Shown: positions 1 through 11,876, counted from the first letter of the stretch. The stretch: DNA of 64,000 nucleotides from an uncultured delta proteobacterium (GCA_963769935.1 CAVYNY010000035.1:128001-192000), one strand, 5' to 3'. Program-made: numbers and translations. The notes: generated by a model not told the origin, from the sequence alone.

Positions 1-861
1 AACCGCGGTGTTCGAGTTACCGTCAGCAAAGATATGCTGGGAACATTTTTCGAACTCGGTGATATGATTAAGGGGAAACCGAGCCCGGTATTCACCCAGG
101 CGGGTTTGAAGGGCTATAAAAATATCCAGGTGGATACAGATCTATTCGCAGACACGGATCACAGTAAGTTCTACATCTTTGATGCGCGCAGCGTGATTTT
201 CGGCGGGATGAACATTGCCGATGAATATCACCTGCAGTGGCACGACTACATGGTCTTGCTGCGAGGCAAAGTATGGACGGAGGCCTTCACAAATAAGGTT
301 TTGAAAAATTTTCCATGGCCGTTCTCTTCTCCATTGGTGCTGACAGTCAACAACAGCATGGAAACAGAGATTCGCACTGCAACCATAGAGATAATAGAAA
401 ATGCCACCGAGAGTGTTGTCATAGAACATGCGTATTTCTCCGATGACAAGGTTATAGAAGCGGTCAGGAAGGCTGCTGGCAGAGGCGTCCGGGTGGAAAT
501 TATATTACCGAAAGTCCCCGACACCCACCTCTATGCCAACATGGCAACGATTAACCGGCTGCTGGACTCGGAATCGGGCAAGGTTCCGAAGGTTCTCCTC
601 TATCCGCACATGTCCCACGCCAAGGTGATTATGACAGACGGCCGGATCGTTGCCATTGGGTCGGCCAACCTCACGCCGCGCAGCATGCTCACCAGCAAAG
701 AGATTACCCTGTTCGTTCACGGGGTTTCCACAGCTCCTTTTATGAGGCAACTGCGAGAGCAACTCGAAGCGGATATTGCGGTAAGCGAGGAAGTTGTAAA
801 GCCTTTCAAGCTCGGTCTGCCGGCGAAAGTCAAGGCCGTCGTGGGGAAATACGTCTGGTGA
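1..861 (+). CDS. Phospholipase D family protein (cardiolipin synthase-like), 5' partial
   Basis: Two HxKxxxxD motifs (HSKFYIFD followed by GGMN; HAKVIMTD followed by GSAN). The frame is open to the window edge. Confidence 0.85.
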   Translation, partial: NRGVRVTVSKDMLGTFFELGDMIKGKPSPVFTQAGLKGYKNIQVDTDLFADTDHSKFYIFDARSVIFGGMNIADEYHLQWHDYMVLLRGKVWTEAFTNKVLKNFPWPFSSPLVLTVNNSMETEIRTATIEIIENATESVVIEHAYFSDDKVIEAVRKAAGRGVRVEIILPKVPDTHLYANMATINRLLDSESGKVPKVLLYPHMSHAKVIMTDGRIVAIGSANLTPRSMLTSKEITLFVHGVSTAPFMRQLREQLEADIAVSEEVVKPFKLGLPAKVKAVVGKYVW

Positions 862-1055
862 AGGGGTCTAGGCGGTTGCGACCCAAACCATTGGCAAACA
901 GGGAAAAAATGGGATAGGCTGTCAAAAATTGTTGAATTCCGACCGGTTTGCTAGTATAAGGCGCCGACTACGGCAGTAGCCGTAAAAATGAATATATATA
1001 CCAAGAGTCACTGCCGATCGCAAAGCGGCAGGAATCGGAATACAAATATTAAAAT

Positions 1056-2355
1056 ATGGAGGGAGGCCCCGTGAAACGATTTTCATGGCTTGTGTTCTTT
1101 ATCTTTATAATGGGGGGTGCCTGGTGCCAGGCTGATGCCTACGACTACCCGTTGAAGGATCCCTACCTGGCGACGGTTATCGGTACTCCGACGGAGTTCC
1201 AGCCGAAGCTGCCGGAAAAAATCGACTATAAGATGCTGAGCTTCAAGGTTTTTCCCGAACGCGTCGATCCCCAGTGTCTTCTGGTATCAAAGGGAGTTTC
1301 GGTATTCGCTGACCTACCAGAAGGGCGAAGCACCGCTGATTTTCGTGATTGCCGGAACCGGCAGCAGTTTTTACTCCTCCAACATGATCTTTTTTCAAAA
1401 GATCTTCTATCAGGCCGGATTCCACGTGATCTGCCTCTCCTCGCCCACCTTCATGAACTTTATCACCACCGCCTCCGCGACGTGTTTGCCCGGCAACATC
1501 ATCGCTGACGCGGTAGATTTGTACCGGGTGATGACCATGGCCTGGCAGCAGGTCAAGGATCGGATCAAGGTTTCGGATTTCTACCTGACCGGCTACAGTC
1601 TGGGGGCTTCCGAAGCGGCATTCGTTTCCTACCTGGACGAACAAAAGCGCGTTTTCAATTTCAAAAAAGTCCTGATGATCAACCCGGCGGTGAGCCTTTA
1701 CAGCTCGGCCAAAATCCTGGACCAAATGCTGCTGGCCGCGCTGCCCGGCGGTCTGAAAGACTTCAACGATTGGCTCAACCGCGTTCTCGGCCGGTTCGGC
1801 GAGTTCTACAAAGAGATGGGGTACATCGACCTCAGCCACGACTGGCTTTACGATGTTTACAAGACCAACTTCAAGACCCAAGCTCCCAAGCGGGAAAATC
1901 TGGCCACCATGATCGGCTTCGCGTTCCGGATCTCATCCGACAACATGATTTTCACCTCCGATGTGATGACCAACGCCGGCCTGATCGTCCCTAAAAACCT
2001 CGTGCTGGGAAGTGCGGATTCACTTTACGAATACTTCAGGGCCACCAGCACAACGACTTTCGTCGACTATTTCGACGACCTTCTCTTTCCCTATTATAAA
2101 GCCAAGCACCCGGAACTTTCCCAGGAGAGGGCGATCGATATCGACAGCTTGCACTTTATCGAAACCTATCTGCGGAACAGTCCCAAGATCGGCCTGATGG
2201 ACAATCAAGACGACCTGATCCTGACGTCCGAGGACCTGGCCTTCTTGAAAGACGTCTTCGGTTCCCGCGCGAAGATTTACCCGTACGGCGGCCACTGCGG
2301 CAACATGAGTTACACGGAAAATGTCGCGTATATGCTCAATTTCTTCAAGAATTGA
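1056..2355 (+). CDS. Exported alpha/beta-hydrolase, one frameshift near 1265
   Basis: Signal peptide in ORF 1056..1508. GYSLG nucleophile elbow, DD and C-terminal GGHCGN in ORF 1345..2355. The two ORFs join in one reading after an indel. Confidence 0.75.
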
Positions 2356-2368
2356 AAGGATAATATCT

Positions 2369-3144
2369 ATGAAGCGCGCAATCAACCTGACGCTGCTCAT
2401 TTTACTGGTCTTTATGGCCGGCTGTGCAACTGCGCCCGTGCAAAAGGAACCCATCATACCCGCCAAGATCACCGTCCCGGAAAACGAAGTACCCGAAAAA
2501 CAGCAGGCATTCTACGCCTACGACCCCTGGGAGCCGATGAACCGCCGGATTTACAACTTCAACGCCGTCTTCGACGAATACGTCTTTCTGCCGGTCGTGA
2601 GGGCATATGAATTCATCCTGCCGAAATTCGCGCAGACCGGGGTCAGCAATTTTTTCAACAACCTCTGGGAGATCAGCAACCTGACGAACTCGCTCCTGCA
2701 GTTCAAGGGCCTTAAAGTCATGCAACACCTGTCGGCCGGATCTTGATCAACACGACCGTCGGTATCGGGGGGCTCATCGACGTGGCCACCGATGTTGAAG
2801 GAATCAAACGTGAGAACGAGGATTTCGGCCAGACGCTGGGGTTTTACGGTTTAGGCCCCGGTCCCTATCTGGTGCTGCCCATATTGGGGCCGTCCGACGT
2901 GCGGGACACCAGCGGCCTGGTGGTGGACACAGTTGTTTACACCGTTATGCTGGACGCACTCATCAACCAACTTGACATGGACGACACCGATGAGAACATC
3001 CTGAAATACAGCCTCTCGGGTCTTTACGCGATCGACAAACGGCACAAAGAATCGTTCCGCTATTTCATGACCGGCTCTCCCTTTGAATACACGATGGTGC
3101 GTAAAGTGTACCTGGTACAACGAAAATTTTTAATCGAAAATTAA
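2369..3144 (+). CDS. mlaA: MlaA/VacJ family lipoprotein, frameshift near 2725-2745
   Basis: Lipobox MAGC plus the motifs DPWEPMNRRIYNFN, INTTVGIGGLIDVA and EDFGQTLG..GPYLVLPILGPS. Confidence 0.88.
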
Positions 3145-3780
3145 AGATTAAATGTTTGGCATAGTGCCGCCGCCGGTGAGTGTGTTTTCTATAAGATGCC
3201 GGCATCGGCCTGAGCCGATCGGCTGAAATTGATGCCGGCTAAATTCTGGTGAGATGACCGTTTTGAATTTGGATCATTGGCTATTGGAATTTGTTTGGAA
3301 TTTCGTGCTTCGAGATTCGGATATTATATGGATGAAGGTCTTCAATGAACCCTGGTTTCCCCCTGTGCCCAGCAAAAAATATGGGACACGCTGAGGTTCA
3401 AAGGGGGGGCATTAAATTTGTTTTGACCCCAGTTCGCATTTCGTTAGCGACATAAACTTCGTATTATTTCACCTGCCTGTCTCCGAAATTTTCCGTTAAA
3501 TTGGTATTTTTAATTGCGCGCCATGTCAAGGGCAATCAGCAATTGGACACTTTTAGGCCTATGAGGAATTTGATGAAAGAAATTTCTGTTAGATGGTTTG
3601 GTTATCTGTTTGCTTTGCATTTATCTTGCGTTGATTTAAGTTAAGTTTAGGAGTATTCAATAAAGCCGGAGACTTAAATGCGTCTTCATCAAATCAGAAG
3701 GTATGCTGAAACAATTGAAAAAAGGCTACCCTTATCGATGAGCTGACGGCCTCAATAAACCCAAGAAAAAAGGAGGCGAC

Positions 3781-4650
3781 ATGATCGACACCAGGCTCCG
3801 GCACACGGGATGGCGGTTGACGCAATTCATTTGTTTAGGGCTGCTTTTCAGCGGGCTTTTCGCACCCGGCCGGGCATGGCCGCGGTCGTTGGAGGAAATC
3901 CGCAAGACCAATGAACTGAGAATATGCGTGGCCGGATCAAGCTATGAGCTTTACACCGCCATGGCGTTGGCCTTTGCCGAACACCTGGGGGTTTCTCCCA
4001 GGGTGAAGCGGCTGGACAGCTGGGACCAGCAGTTCCAAAACGACAAGGGCGTAACGGACAAGGAGGCGGCCTACACACCGGCCCTGATGGAATCGGGTGA
4101 TTGCGACCTCTACCCCAACGACCTGGTCAAAAACGACTGGCGCTTGAAAAAACTGGACTTTGCCATCCTGTACCGTACGCGCATGGTGGTGGTTGTCAAC
4201 AAGGATAACCAGCCCGCCTATAAAAGTGTTGCCGACCTGGCCGGCAAAAACGCCGCCATTCAAAAAGGGACCAGCTATTACTCTTGGCTGGAGGCGCAGA
4301 ATGCCGGACCGCTGGCATCCAGCCCCATTCAGATCCATTTCATGACCACCGACGAAAGCATGCAGGCAGTGAATGCCCAATCCGCGGATTTCACGATTAT
4401 CGGCGCCGACGGCGCCCTGAATTGGACCCGCAACCGGGTGAAGAATGTGGTGGTGGCGTTTCCCGTCGGCGACACCACCGAAGTCGGCTGGGCCTTTCGT
4501 AAAAAAGACAAGGACCTGCAGGCGGCTGTTGGCCGTTTCTTTGATTCGCAGGCCGCGGTGGGGTCCCGGTTCGACGAGATCTGGCAAGAGAAGGTCGGCA
4601 TCCCTTTGAGCGAATTCAACGTGTTCATCACTGGTATTTTACAGGAATAA
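3781..4650 (+). CDS. Periplasmic substrate-binding protein (family 3 / amino-acid type)
   Basis: Signal peptide, SLEEIRKTNELRI start, DLAGKNAAIQKGTSY and GWAFRKKDKDL. GGAGG RBS. Confidence 0.8.
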   Translation: MIDTRLRHTGWRLTQFICLGLLFSGLFAPGRAWPRSLEEIRKTNELRICVAGSSYELYTAMALAFAEHLGVSPRVKRLDSWDQQFQNDKGVTDKEAAYTPALMESGDCDLYPNDLVKNDWRLKKLDFAILYRTRMVVVVNKDNQPAYKSVADLAGKNAAIQKGTSYYSWLEAQNAGPLASSPIQIHFMTTDESMQAVNAQSADFTIIGADGALNWTRNRVKNVVVAFPVGDTTEVGWAFRKKDKDLQAAVGRFFDSQAAVGSRFDEIWQEKVGIPLSEFNVFITGILQE

Positions 4651-4656
4651 CCCCTT

Positions 4657-7600
4657 ATGCGATCCATCCGAACCCGATTGGTCCTGCTGAGCGCCGGATT
4701 GATTCTAGTGGTCACCGCAATTTTGACCGGTGTCATCGCGATGAATGCTTCCAGGGTTCTGCGTTCGACTCTGGAAAAAGCGTTGTCGCAACAAATCAGG
4801 CAGGGCAGCGATCTTTTTCTGAACTTTCTGAAATGGCAGACCCTGAACCTGGAGGTGTGGGAGAGCCAGCCGTTTGTCAAGGTGTTTTTCAAGAGCCCGG
4901 CCCTGGCCGTCCTGTCACGTTCGGGACTAGGAAGGCTACCTGAGCCGGGCCTGCGAGAAGGCGCCCTGGATCGCCGACATCCTTCTGGTGGATCATGGCA
5001 CCGTGCTCTACGATCACGCCTTCCCCCGCGCGCCGTCTGCCCGGCAGTCCGGCCAGGGGGAGGTGTTTTGGACCCAATTGTTCAAGGGCCGGCCGTTTCT
5101 GATGAACCTGGGCCAGCTTCATCCGGACCAGGACCGTTGGGTGCTGGTGCTCAGCCGCCCGTTTTCTGACGAAGGCAAGGCCGAGCCGGGTCGGTTCATC
5201 GCCCTTTTCCTGGACCTGGCTCAGGTAAATAAGGCGCTTTTCATCGATTTGGCCATCGGCCACAAGGGGTTTCTGACTTTTGCCGGGCTTCTGCCCGATG
5301 ACCGGATGGTGCTGCCGGATACCACCGCCCGGACCGATGTCGAGCGCGAATTCTTCACCGCGGCCGCAGCGTGGAACAGGCCCCGGGACATCGCGGAGGA
5401 CCAGGGGATGATTCAGCTTAAAAGCACCACCCTGCCGGGCTTTCCGATCCTGCTGATCGGAGTGGCATCCCGCCGGGACTTTCAGCAGCCGGTGCGGGTG
5501 CTGGCCATAAATTCTCTGCTTATCGGCCTGGTCATCCTGGCCGTCGGGATTTTAGGGGCGGTGGTGTTCTCTAATAGGTTAACCGCACCGCTGGCGAGGC
5601 TCACGGCCATCATCAAAGGCATCACCGCCGGTGAGAAAGGGATGGATACGTCGCTGGAATCCAGCGATCTTTTGCAAAGAACCGACGAATTGGGGGTGCT
5701 GGCAGGTGCGTTTTGCACCATGCTGGCGGATATCCGTCGCCACACGGCTGAATTGGAAGAAAAGGTTGCCCTGCGGACGGCAGACCTCCAGCAGAGCAAC
5801 ACCCGGATGGCCGCGGAAATCCAGGAGCGCCTGAAGGCCGAGGCGGAAGTCAATCGCGCAAGGGAGCTGGCCGAGGAAGCCACCCGGGCCAAGAGTGATT
5901 TTCTGGCGAATATGAGCCATGAAATCCGCACTCCCATGAATGCCATCCTTGGGATGGCGCATCTGGCCCTGCAAACCGATCTTACCGCCAAGCAATACGA
6001 CTACGTAAAAAAAGTAGATATTTCCGCCAAATCCCTATTAGGTATCATAAACGACATTCTGGATTTCTCAAAGATCGAAGCCGGCAAAATGGACATGGAA
6101 TCCGTGGACTTCCAATTGGAGGATACCCTCGACAACATTTCCACGCTGGTGGGTATCAAAACCCAGGAAAAGGGACTGGAACTGCTCTTTAAGACGGAGC
6201 CATCCGTTCCCCCGACCCTGGTCGGCGATCCCCTGCGGCTGGGACAGATTCTCATCAATTTATCCAACAATGCCGTCAAATTTACGGATTCAGGCGAGAT
6301 TGTCGTTTCCACCGAATTGGTCAAAAAAGAAGAAGCTCAAGCAACCTTAAAATTCTCTGTCCGGGATACCGGTATCGGCATGACTGAAGCACAAGCTGCC
6401 AAACTGTTTCAACCATTTGCGCAAGCAGACTCCTCAACGACCCGCAAATATGGCGGCACCGGCTTGGGACTGACGATCAGCAAGCGGCTGGCAGAGATGA
6501 TGGGCGGGGAAATTTGGGTGGAAAGCCACCCCGGTCAGGGCAGTACCTTCAGTTTTACCGCCAACTTCGGTCTGGGAAAAGAAAAGGCCGAAAAGCGTTT
6601 TAAGCTCTCGCCGGATTTGCGGGGCATGAAGGTATTGGTGGTGGATGACAACGCCACCGCAAGGGGCATTTTGCGGGAAATGCTGGAATCTTTTTCATTT
6701 GAGGTCACCCTGGCGGCCTCCGGTCGGGAGGCGTTGACGCAGTTGGAAACAGCATCCGAGAGCCGACCCTTCGAATTGGTGCTTATGGATTGGCAGATGC
6801 CGGGCATGGACGGAATTGAGGCATCCCGGCGCATTAAAAAGCATAAGGGGTTAAGCAAAATTCCGGCTATCGTTATGGTGACCGGCTACGGTCGCGAAGA
6901 GATCATGCAGCAAGTGGAAGCGGTGGGACTCGAGGGCTTTCTGCTTAAACCGGTCAGCACTTCGATGCTTTTTGATGCCACCATGCAAGCCTTTGGAGCA
7001 GCCGTGCCCGATATCGCACGGGTCGCCCAAAGAGAAGAACAGGCGAACGAAGCTTTTCAAAATATTCAGGGAGCGCGGTTGCTATTGGTAGAAGACAATG
7101 AAATCAACCAGCAGGTGGCGAAAGAGATCCTGGAAGGGGCCGGGCTGGTTGTGACCATAGCCAATAACGGTCTGGAAGCTGTCAATGCTGTCAAGGCAGG
7201 CAATTATGACGCTGTTCTGATGGATGTTCAGATGCCGGTAATGGATGGATACACAGCCACAAGGCAAATCCGGAAGTGGGAATCAGTCTCCGCTAAAGCG
7301 GATACTGATATGATGGAAACACGGAATATTAGCAGTGAAAATCCAGAATCTAAAAGAGGGCGCAATATCTCAAACCTCAGTCCTCAGTCCTCAGTCCTTC
7401 CGTCATCCAGCATCCAGTATCAAGTTCCTATCATAGCGATGACAGCGCATGCCATGGCCGGTGATGAGCAAAAAAGCATGGATGCCGGAATGAACGGCCA
7501 TGTCACCAAACCCATTGATCCGGATCAGCTGTTTGCCGCTCTGCAGAAATGGATAAAACCGAGTGAGATAAGAGTCCAAGTCCAACAACCGGGAATTTCT

Positions 7601-8257
7601 GCCAAAGGACCCGAGAAGGTTCAGGCGATGCCGGATGAAGAGCAGCTGCCGGAATCTTTGCCGGGTTTTGATCTGGCGGCCGGTCTTGCGCGCTTGATGG
7701 GCAACAAGCGTCTTTACCGCAAGCTGCTGCTTGATTTTGGTGCCAACTACGGCGGGGTTGCCGGCGATATCCGCGAGGCATTGGCGGCCAGGAATTTTAC
7801 TCAGGCCCACAGCCTGGTGCACAACTTGAAAGGTCTGGCCGGAAATCTGGCAGCCACAGACCTTCAGGCGGCGGCCGTAGCAATGGAAAAACTTGTTAAA
7901 GGGCAGGCTGCGGAGACCGCCTCTGATAAGGAACTGAACCAGAAATCAACAGAACTGGCAAGCACTCTCACGCAGGCTCTGGACGCGGTTCAAACCCTAA
8001 ATTCCAGGGCTGAAAAGAAGACGATCGCGAGCACCGGAGACGAGATGTCATCTCTACCTTCCGAACTGGCTCAGAAGGCGGCCGATCGTATCAACGCGGC
8101 GGCTGAGATGGGAGATGTGATGCTGATTAAATCAATTGCGGATGATTTGAAGTCCGAATCGAATGCCGTGGCACCTTTCTGTAACAGAATAGTGCAATTA
8201 GCGGAGGATTTTGACTTTGATGGCATTCAAAAAATTATGCTTAAATTTGGAAGCTAA
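4657..8257 (+). CDS. Membrane hybrid sensor kinase (TM-periplasmic-TM-HAMP-HisKA-HATPase-REC-REC-Hpt), frameshift near 4935
   Basis: [15 protein letters not shown]-box, N/G1/G2 boxes, two receiver domains (LMDWQMP, LMDVQMP) and Hpt HNLKGLAGN. Confidence 0.92.
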
Positions 8258-8335
8258 ATCAAGCTTTTTGGTTCTTCTTCTATTGATTCCTACCGGCCAG
8301 TATTGACTATTTGTCACCGAATGTTGATTATAGGC

Positions 8336-8553
8336 TATCGTTTTATCTTATTCCCGTGATACCTCAGTAAGCAGAACACTTCCAAAAACTGACGATGTCC
8401 GTCTTTGAAGAAGAGGGACCGGCGGCCTTTGCAGCGCCGGTGCGCTTGCCTCCCGGCCAGGCGACACTGAGGGGGATGCTGCAGCACCTTCAGACCCGCA
8501 ATATTCAACTGCTCAGCGTGGAATGCACCGGTGCCGGGCCCAAGAAAAGATGA
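8336..8553 (+). pseudogene. Decayed small ACT-like protein
   Basis: MSVFEEEG...GQATLRGMLQHLQTRNIQLLSVEC resembles the DQAALxGxL...LLSVEC small-protein pattern. The 5' part is interrupted by stops. Confidence 0.4.
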
Positions 8554-8661
8554 CTCCGGGGGCAAACCCTTCATGCTTGAGGAGACTGCAGCCCTTATCA
8601 TGAAGGACGGGAAGAGCTGCATCATCATTTTAGCCAACCAGCGAAACGAAAGGAGCAGACC

Positions 8662-10368
8662 ATGGAAAAAAAATGTCGAATATCAAAAAGCGGCGTTATC
8701 ATGCAGCGGAAAACAGGTGAGACCATCAGGAAGGTGATGATGAAGTCGAAGATGACAATTGCCTTGATCGCGGTCATGGGGTTTCTTTTCACGCTGTCCG
8801 CGCAGGCGGCTGACAAGCCGAACATCATCCTGATCTTGTCCGATGACTTCGGTTACGGCGACTCGGCTCCTTACGGCGGCGGCCCGGGGCGCGGTATGCC
8901 CACGCCCAGCCTCGAACGGCTGGCGAATGAAGGCATGACCTTCTTCTCGTTTTATGCCCAGCCGAGCTGCACGCCGGGCCGGGCAGCGGTGCAGACCGGC
9001 CGCATCCCCAACCGGAGCGGCATGACCACCGTAGCCTTCCAGGGCCAGGGCGGAGGGCTGCCCGCGGCGGAGTGGACGCTGGCCTCGGTCTTGAAGCAGG
9101 CAGGCTACCAGACCTTCTTCACGGGCAAATGGCACCTGGGCGAGGCGGACTATGCGCTGCCAAATGCCCAGGGCTACGATGAGATGAAATACGTCGGACT
9201 CTACCACCTCAACGCCTATACGTACGGCGATCCGACCTGGTTTCCCGACATGGATCCAAAGCTTCGGGAGATGTTCAACAAGGTGACCAAGGGAGCCCTG
9301 TCGGGCAAGGCGGGCGAGAAGGCGAAGGAAGATTTCAAGATCAACGGTCAGTACGTGAACACACCCGACAAGGGGGTGGTCGGGATTCCGTTCTTTGACG
9401 AATACGTCGAGAAGGCATCCATCGAGTATCTCGACCAGGCCGTCAAATCCGCCAAGCCGTTCTTCATGAGTATCAACTTCATGAAGGTGCACCAGCCGAA
9501 TATGCCTCACCCGGACTTCATCCACAAGTCCCTGTCCAAGAGCAAGTATGCGGACTCGCTGGTGGAAAATGATACGCGGATCGGCAGGATAGTGGACAAG
9601 GTCCGCGCACTCGGTTTGGATAAGAACACGTATGTTTTCTGGACCTCGGACAACGGCGCCTGGCAGGATGTCTACCCCGATGCCGGCTACACACCGTTTC
9701 GCGGCACCAAGGGAACCGTCCGGGAGGGCGGCAACCGTGTTCCGGCCATTGCCTGGGGACCGAATATCCAAGCCGGGTCGAGAAACTACGATATCCTCGG
9801 TGGCCTGGACTACATGGCCACCTTCGCGGCGCTTGCCGGCGTGAAGCTGCCGGAGAAGGACCGCGAGGGACAACCGATCATTTTCGACAGCTACGACATG
9901 TCGCCGGTCCTCTTCGGCACGGGTAGGTCGGCACGCACCACCTGGTTTTATTTCACCGAAGACGAACTGACCCCCGGCGCGGCCCGGGTCGGCAACTACA
10001 AGGCGGTGTTCAACCTGCGGGGCGACGACGGCCAGACAACCGGCGGCTTAGCGGTCGACTCTAACCTCGGCTGGAAGGGAGCGCAGAAGTATGTCGCAAC
10101 GGTTCCTCAGATCTTCGACCTCTGGCAGGATCCGCAGGAGCGCTACGACTTATTTATGACCAACTTCACGGAGCGAACGTGGATCATGGTGCCGATCAGC
10201 GAAGCCATCAAGGACCTGATGAAGACCTACGTCCAATATCCGCCGCGCAAGATGCAAAGCCTGACGTACACCGGCCCCATTACAATCTCGAACTATCAGA
10301 AGTTCCAGTGGGTCCGGGAACAGTTAGGCAAGGAGGGTATCAGCCTTCCGCTGCCGACCGGCAACTAG
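8662..10368 (+). CDS. Exported arylsulfatase (Cys-type); true start probably ~8737-8752
   Basis: KPNIILILSDD, formylglycine motif CTPGR, GKWHLG and SDNG, after a signal peptide. Confidence 0.93.
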   Translation: MEKKCRISKSGVIMQRKTGETIRKVMMKSKMTIALIAVMGFLFTLSAQAADKPNIILILSDDFGYGDSAPYGGGPGRGMPTPSLERLANEGMTFFSFYAQPSCTPGRAAVQTGRIPNRSGMTTVAFQGQGGGLPAAEWTLASVLKQAGYQTFFTGKWHLGEADYALPNAQGYDEMKYVGLYHLNAYTYGDPTWFPDMDPKLREMFNKVTKGALSGKAGEKAKEDFKINGQYVNTPDKGVVGIPFFDEYVEKASIEYLDQAVKSAKPFFMSINFMKVHQPNMPHPDFIHKSLSKSKYADSLVENDTRIGRIVDKVRALGLDKNTYVFWTSDNGAWQDVYPDAGYTPFRGTKGTVREGGNRVPAIAWGPNIQAGSRNYDILGGLDYMATFAALAGVKLPEKDREGQPIIFDSYDMSPVLFGTGRSARTTWFYFTEDELTPGAARVGNYKAVFNLRGDDGQTTGGLAVDSNLGWKGAQKYVATVPQIFDLWQDPQERYDLFMTNFTERTWIMVPISEAIKDLMKTYVQYPPRKMQSLTYTGPITISNYQKFQWVREQLGKEGISLPLPTGN

Positions 10369-10456
10369 GGAACGATCCCGTCTTGGGGAGCGGGGCGGCC
10401 CATGAGGCCGCTCCCTAATATATTAATGGCAGCGAATTCTAAAAAAGGTAAACGCA

Positions 10457-11464
10457 ATGAAACGTAGGCTACTGAAATCAACGATAGCCGCCGTCGTATT
10501 GATGGCGCTGAACGCCGGCTTCGCCTATGCCGCCAACGTCCTGCCCTCGTGGTACGATGGGCCAGCCAAGAAAGCCATCGTCGAATTTGTTGGAAAGGTG
10601 ACCCGGCAAGGCTCGCCGGATTTCGTGCCGCCCACGGAGCGTATCGCCACCTTCGACAACGACGGCACCCTCTGGGCGGAGCAGCCCATGTACTTCCAGA
10701 TGTTGTTTGCGCTCGACCGTGTGAAGGCGCTTGCACCTCGGCATCCCGAATGGAAAGCGCAGGAGCCTTTTGCCTCGCTGCTCAAGGGCGACGTGAAAGG
10801 CGCACTTGCCGGCGGCGAACACGCGACACTTGAGATCGTGATGGCGACCCAGACCGGCATGACCACGACGGAGTTCGAGACCATCGTGAAGAATTGGATT
10901 GCCACCGCAACGCATCCCACCACTAAACGGCCCCTCACCGAGATGGTCTATCAGCCGATGCTCGAATTGGTGGCCTACCTGCGCGCCAACGCCTTCAAGA
11001 CCTTTATCGTCTCAGGCGGCGGCATCGAGTTCATGCGGCCATGGACAGAGAGCGTGTATGGCATCCCGCCCGAGCAGGTTGTTGGCAGCAGCATCAAAAC
11101 GAAGTATGAGATGCGCGGGGGCCAGCCGGTTCTGGTTCGCCTGCCGGAGATAAACTTCATCGACGACAAGGCCGGCAAACCCGTCGGCATCAACTCCCAC
11201 ATCGGCCGGCGGCCAATTGCCGCGTTCGGCAACTCGAACGGCGACCAACAGATGCTGGAGTGGACCCAGGACGGCGGCGGTGCGCGGTTAATGATGCTGG
11301 TGCATCACGACGACGCCGGTCGCGAATGGGAGTACGGAGCGGATTCGAAGATCGGTACTTTCAGCGACGCACTTATGGCCGAGGCGAAGAAGAACGGCTG
11401 GACCGTGATCAGTATGAAAAATGACTGGAGGCGCATCTTCGGGTTCGAGCCCCAGCGCCCGTGA
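10457..11464 (+). CDS. Exported HAD-family phosphatase
   Basis: FDNDGTLW motif I, VSGGG, GKP and AFGNSNGD, with a signal peptide. Confidence 0.9.
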   Translation: MKRRLLKSTIAAVVLMALNAGFAYAANVLPSWYDGPAKKAIVEFVGKVTRQGSPDFVPPTERIATFDNDGTLWAEQPMYFQMLFALDRVKALAPRHPEWKAQEPFASLLKGDVKGALAGGEHATLEIVMATQTGMTTTEFETIVKNWIATATHPTTKRPLTEMVYQPMLELVAYLRANAFKTFIVSGGGIEFMRPWTESVYGIPPEQVVGSSIKTKYEMRGGQPVLVRLPEINFIDDKAGKPVGINSHIGRRPIAAFGNSNGDQQMLEWTQDGGGARLMMLVHHDDAGREWEYGADSKIGTFSDALMAEAKKNGWTVISMKNDWRRIFGFEPQRP

Positions 11465-11555
11465 GGTGGGATCTCCAGGCTGAAGCGGCCTTTACCGGAG
11501 CCGGCTGTTTACAACCAAGAGCTCTGAATCATTTTTATATATCCAAGGAGGAATC

Positions 11556-11876
11556 ATGTACATAGTCACCAGAATTTGGGAAACGAAGCCGATGGAAGCG
11601 CGCCGCGCCGCCACTTTGGCGGCCTTGATTGGCGAGGTGTACGAGAAGGCAGGGCAACGATCATCGGTTCAAGTATCGTTTAACGGTGGGACCTTGCCCG
11701 GCGAGACAAACCGCGTCTACATGCGCTGGATCACTGACAAAATCGAATCACCCTATCGCGGCGGTAACGAAATACCGGAAGAAGCTCGCGAATTGGGGGT
11801 GAAAATGCGGGAAATCACGGTTCGAAGCTGGATTGAGTTCGAAGAGCTTCTGACAGAGGACAAACGCCAGCAATGA
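11556..11876 (+). CDS. Hypothetical protein (106 aa)
   Basis: Strong AAGGAGG RBS and a globular-looking sequence. No family recognised. Confidence 0.7.
   Translation: MYIVTRIWETKPMEARRAATLAALIGEVYEKAGQRSSVQVSFNGGTLPGETNRVYMRWITDKIESPYRGGNEIPEEARELGVKMREITVRSWIEFEELLTEDKRQQ

Noticed and set aside
3700..3770. Riboswitch upstream of the binding protein (CTTATC..GCTGACGGCC)
   Set aside because: Only short resemblance to SAM-I and fluoride motifs. The required stems are not evident.
8683..9873. Long antisense ORFs (also 38130-39293, 48979-50142, 52734-53606)
   Set aside because: They shadow well-supported genes on the opposite strand and show no motifs.
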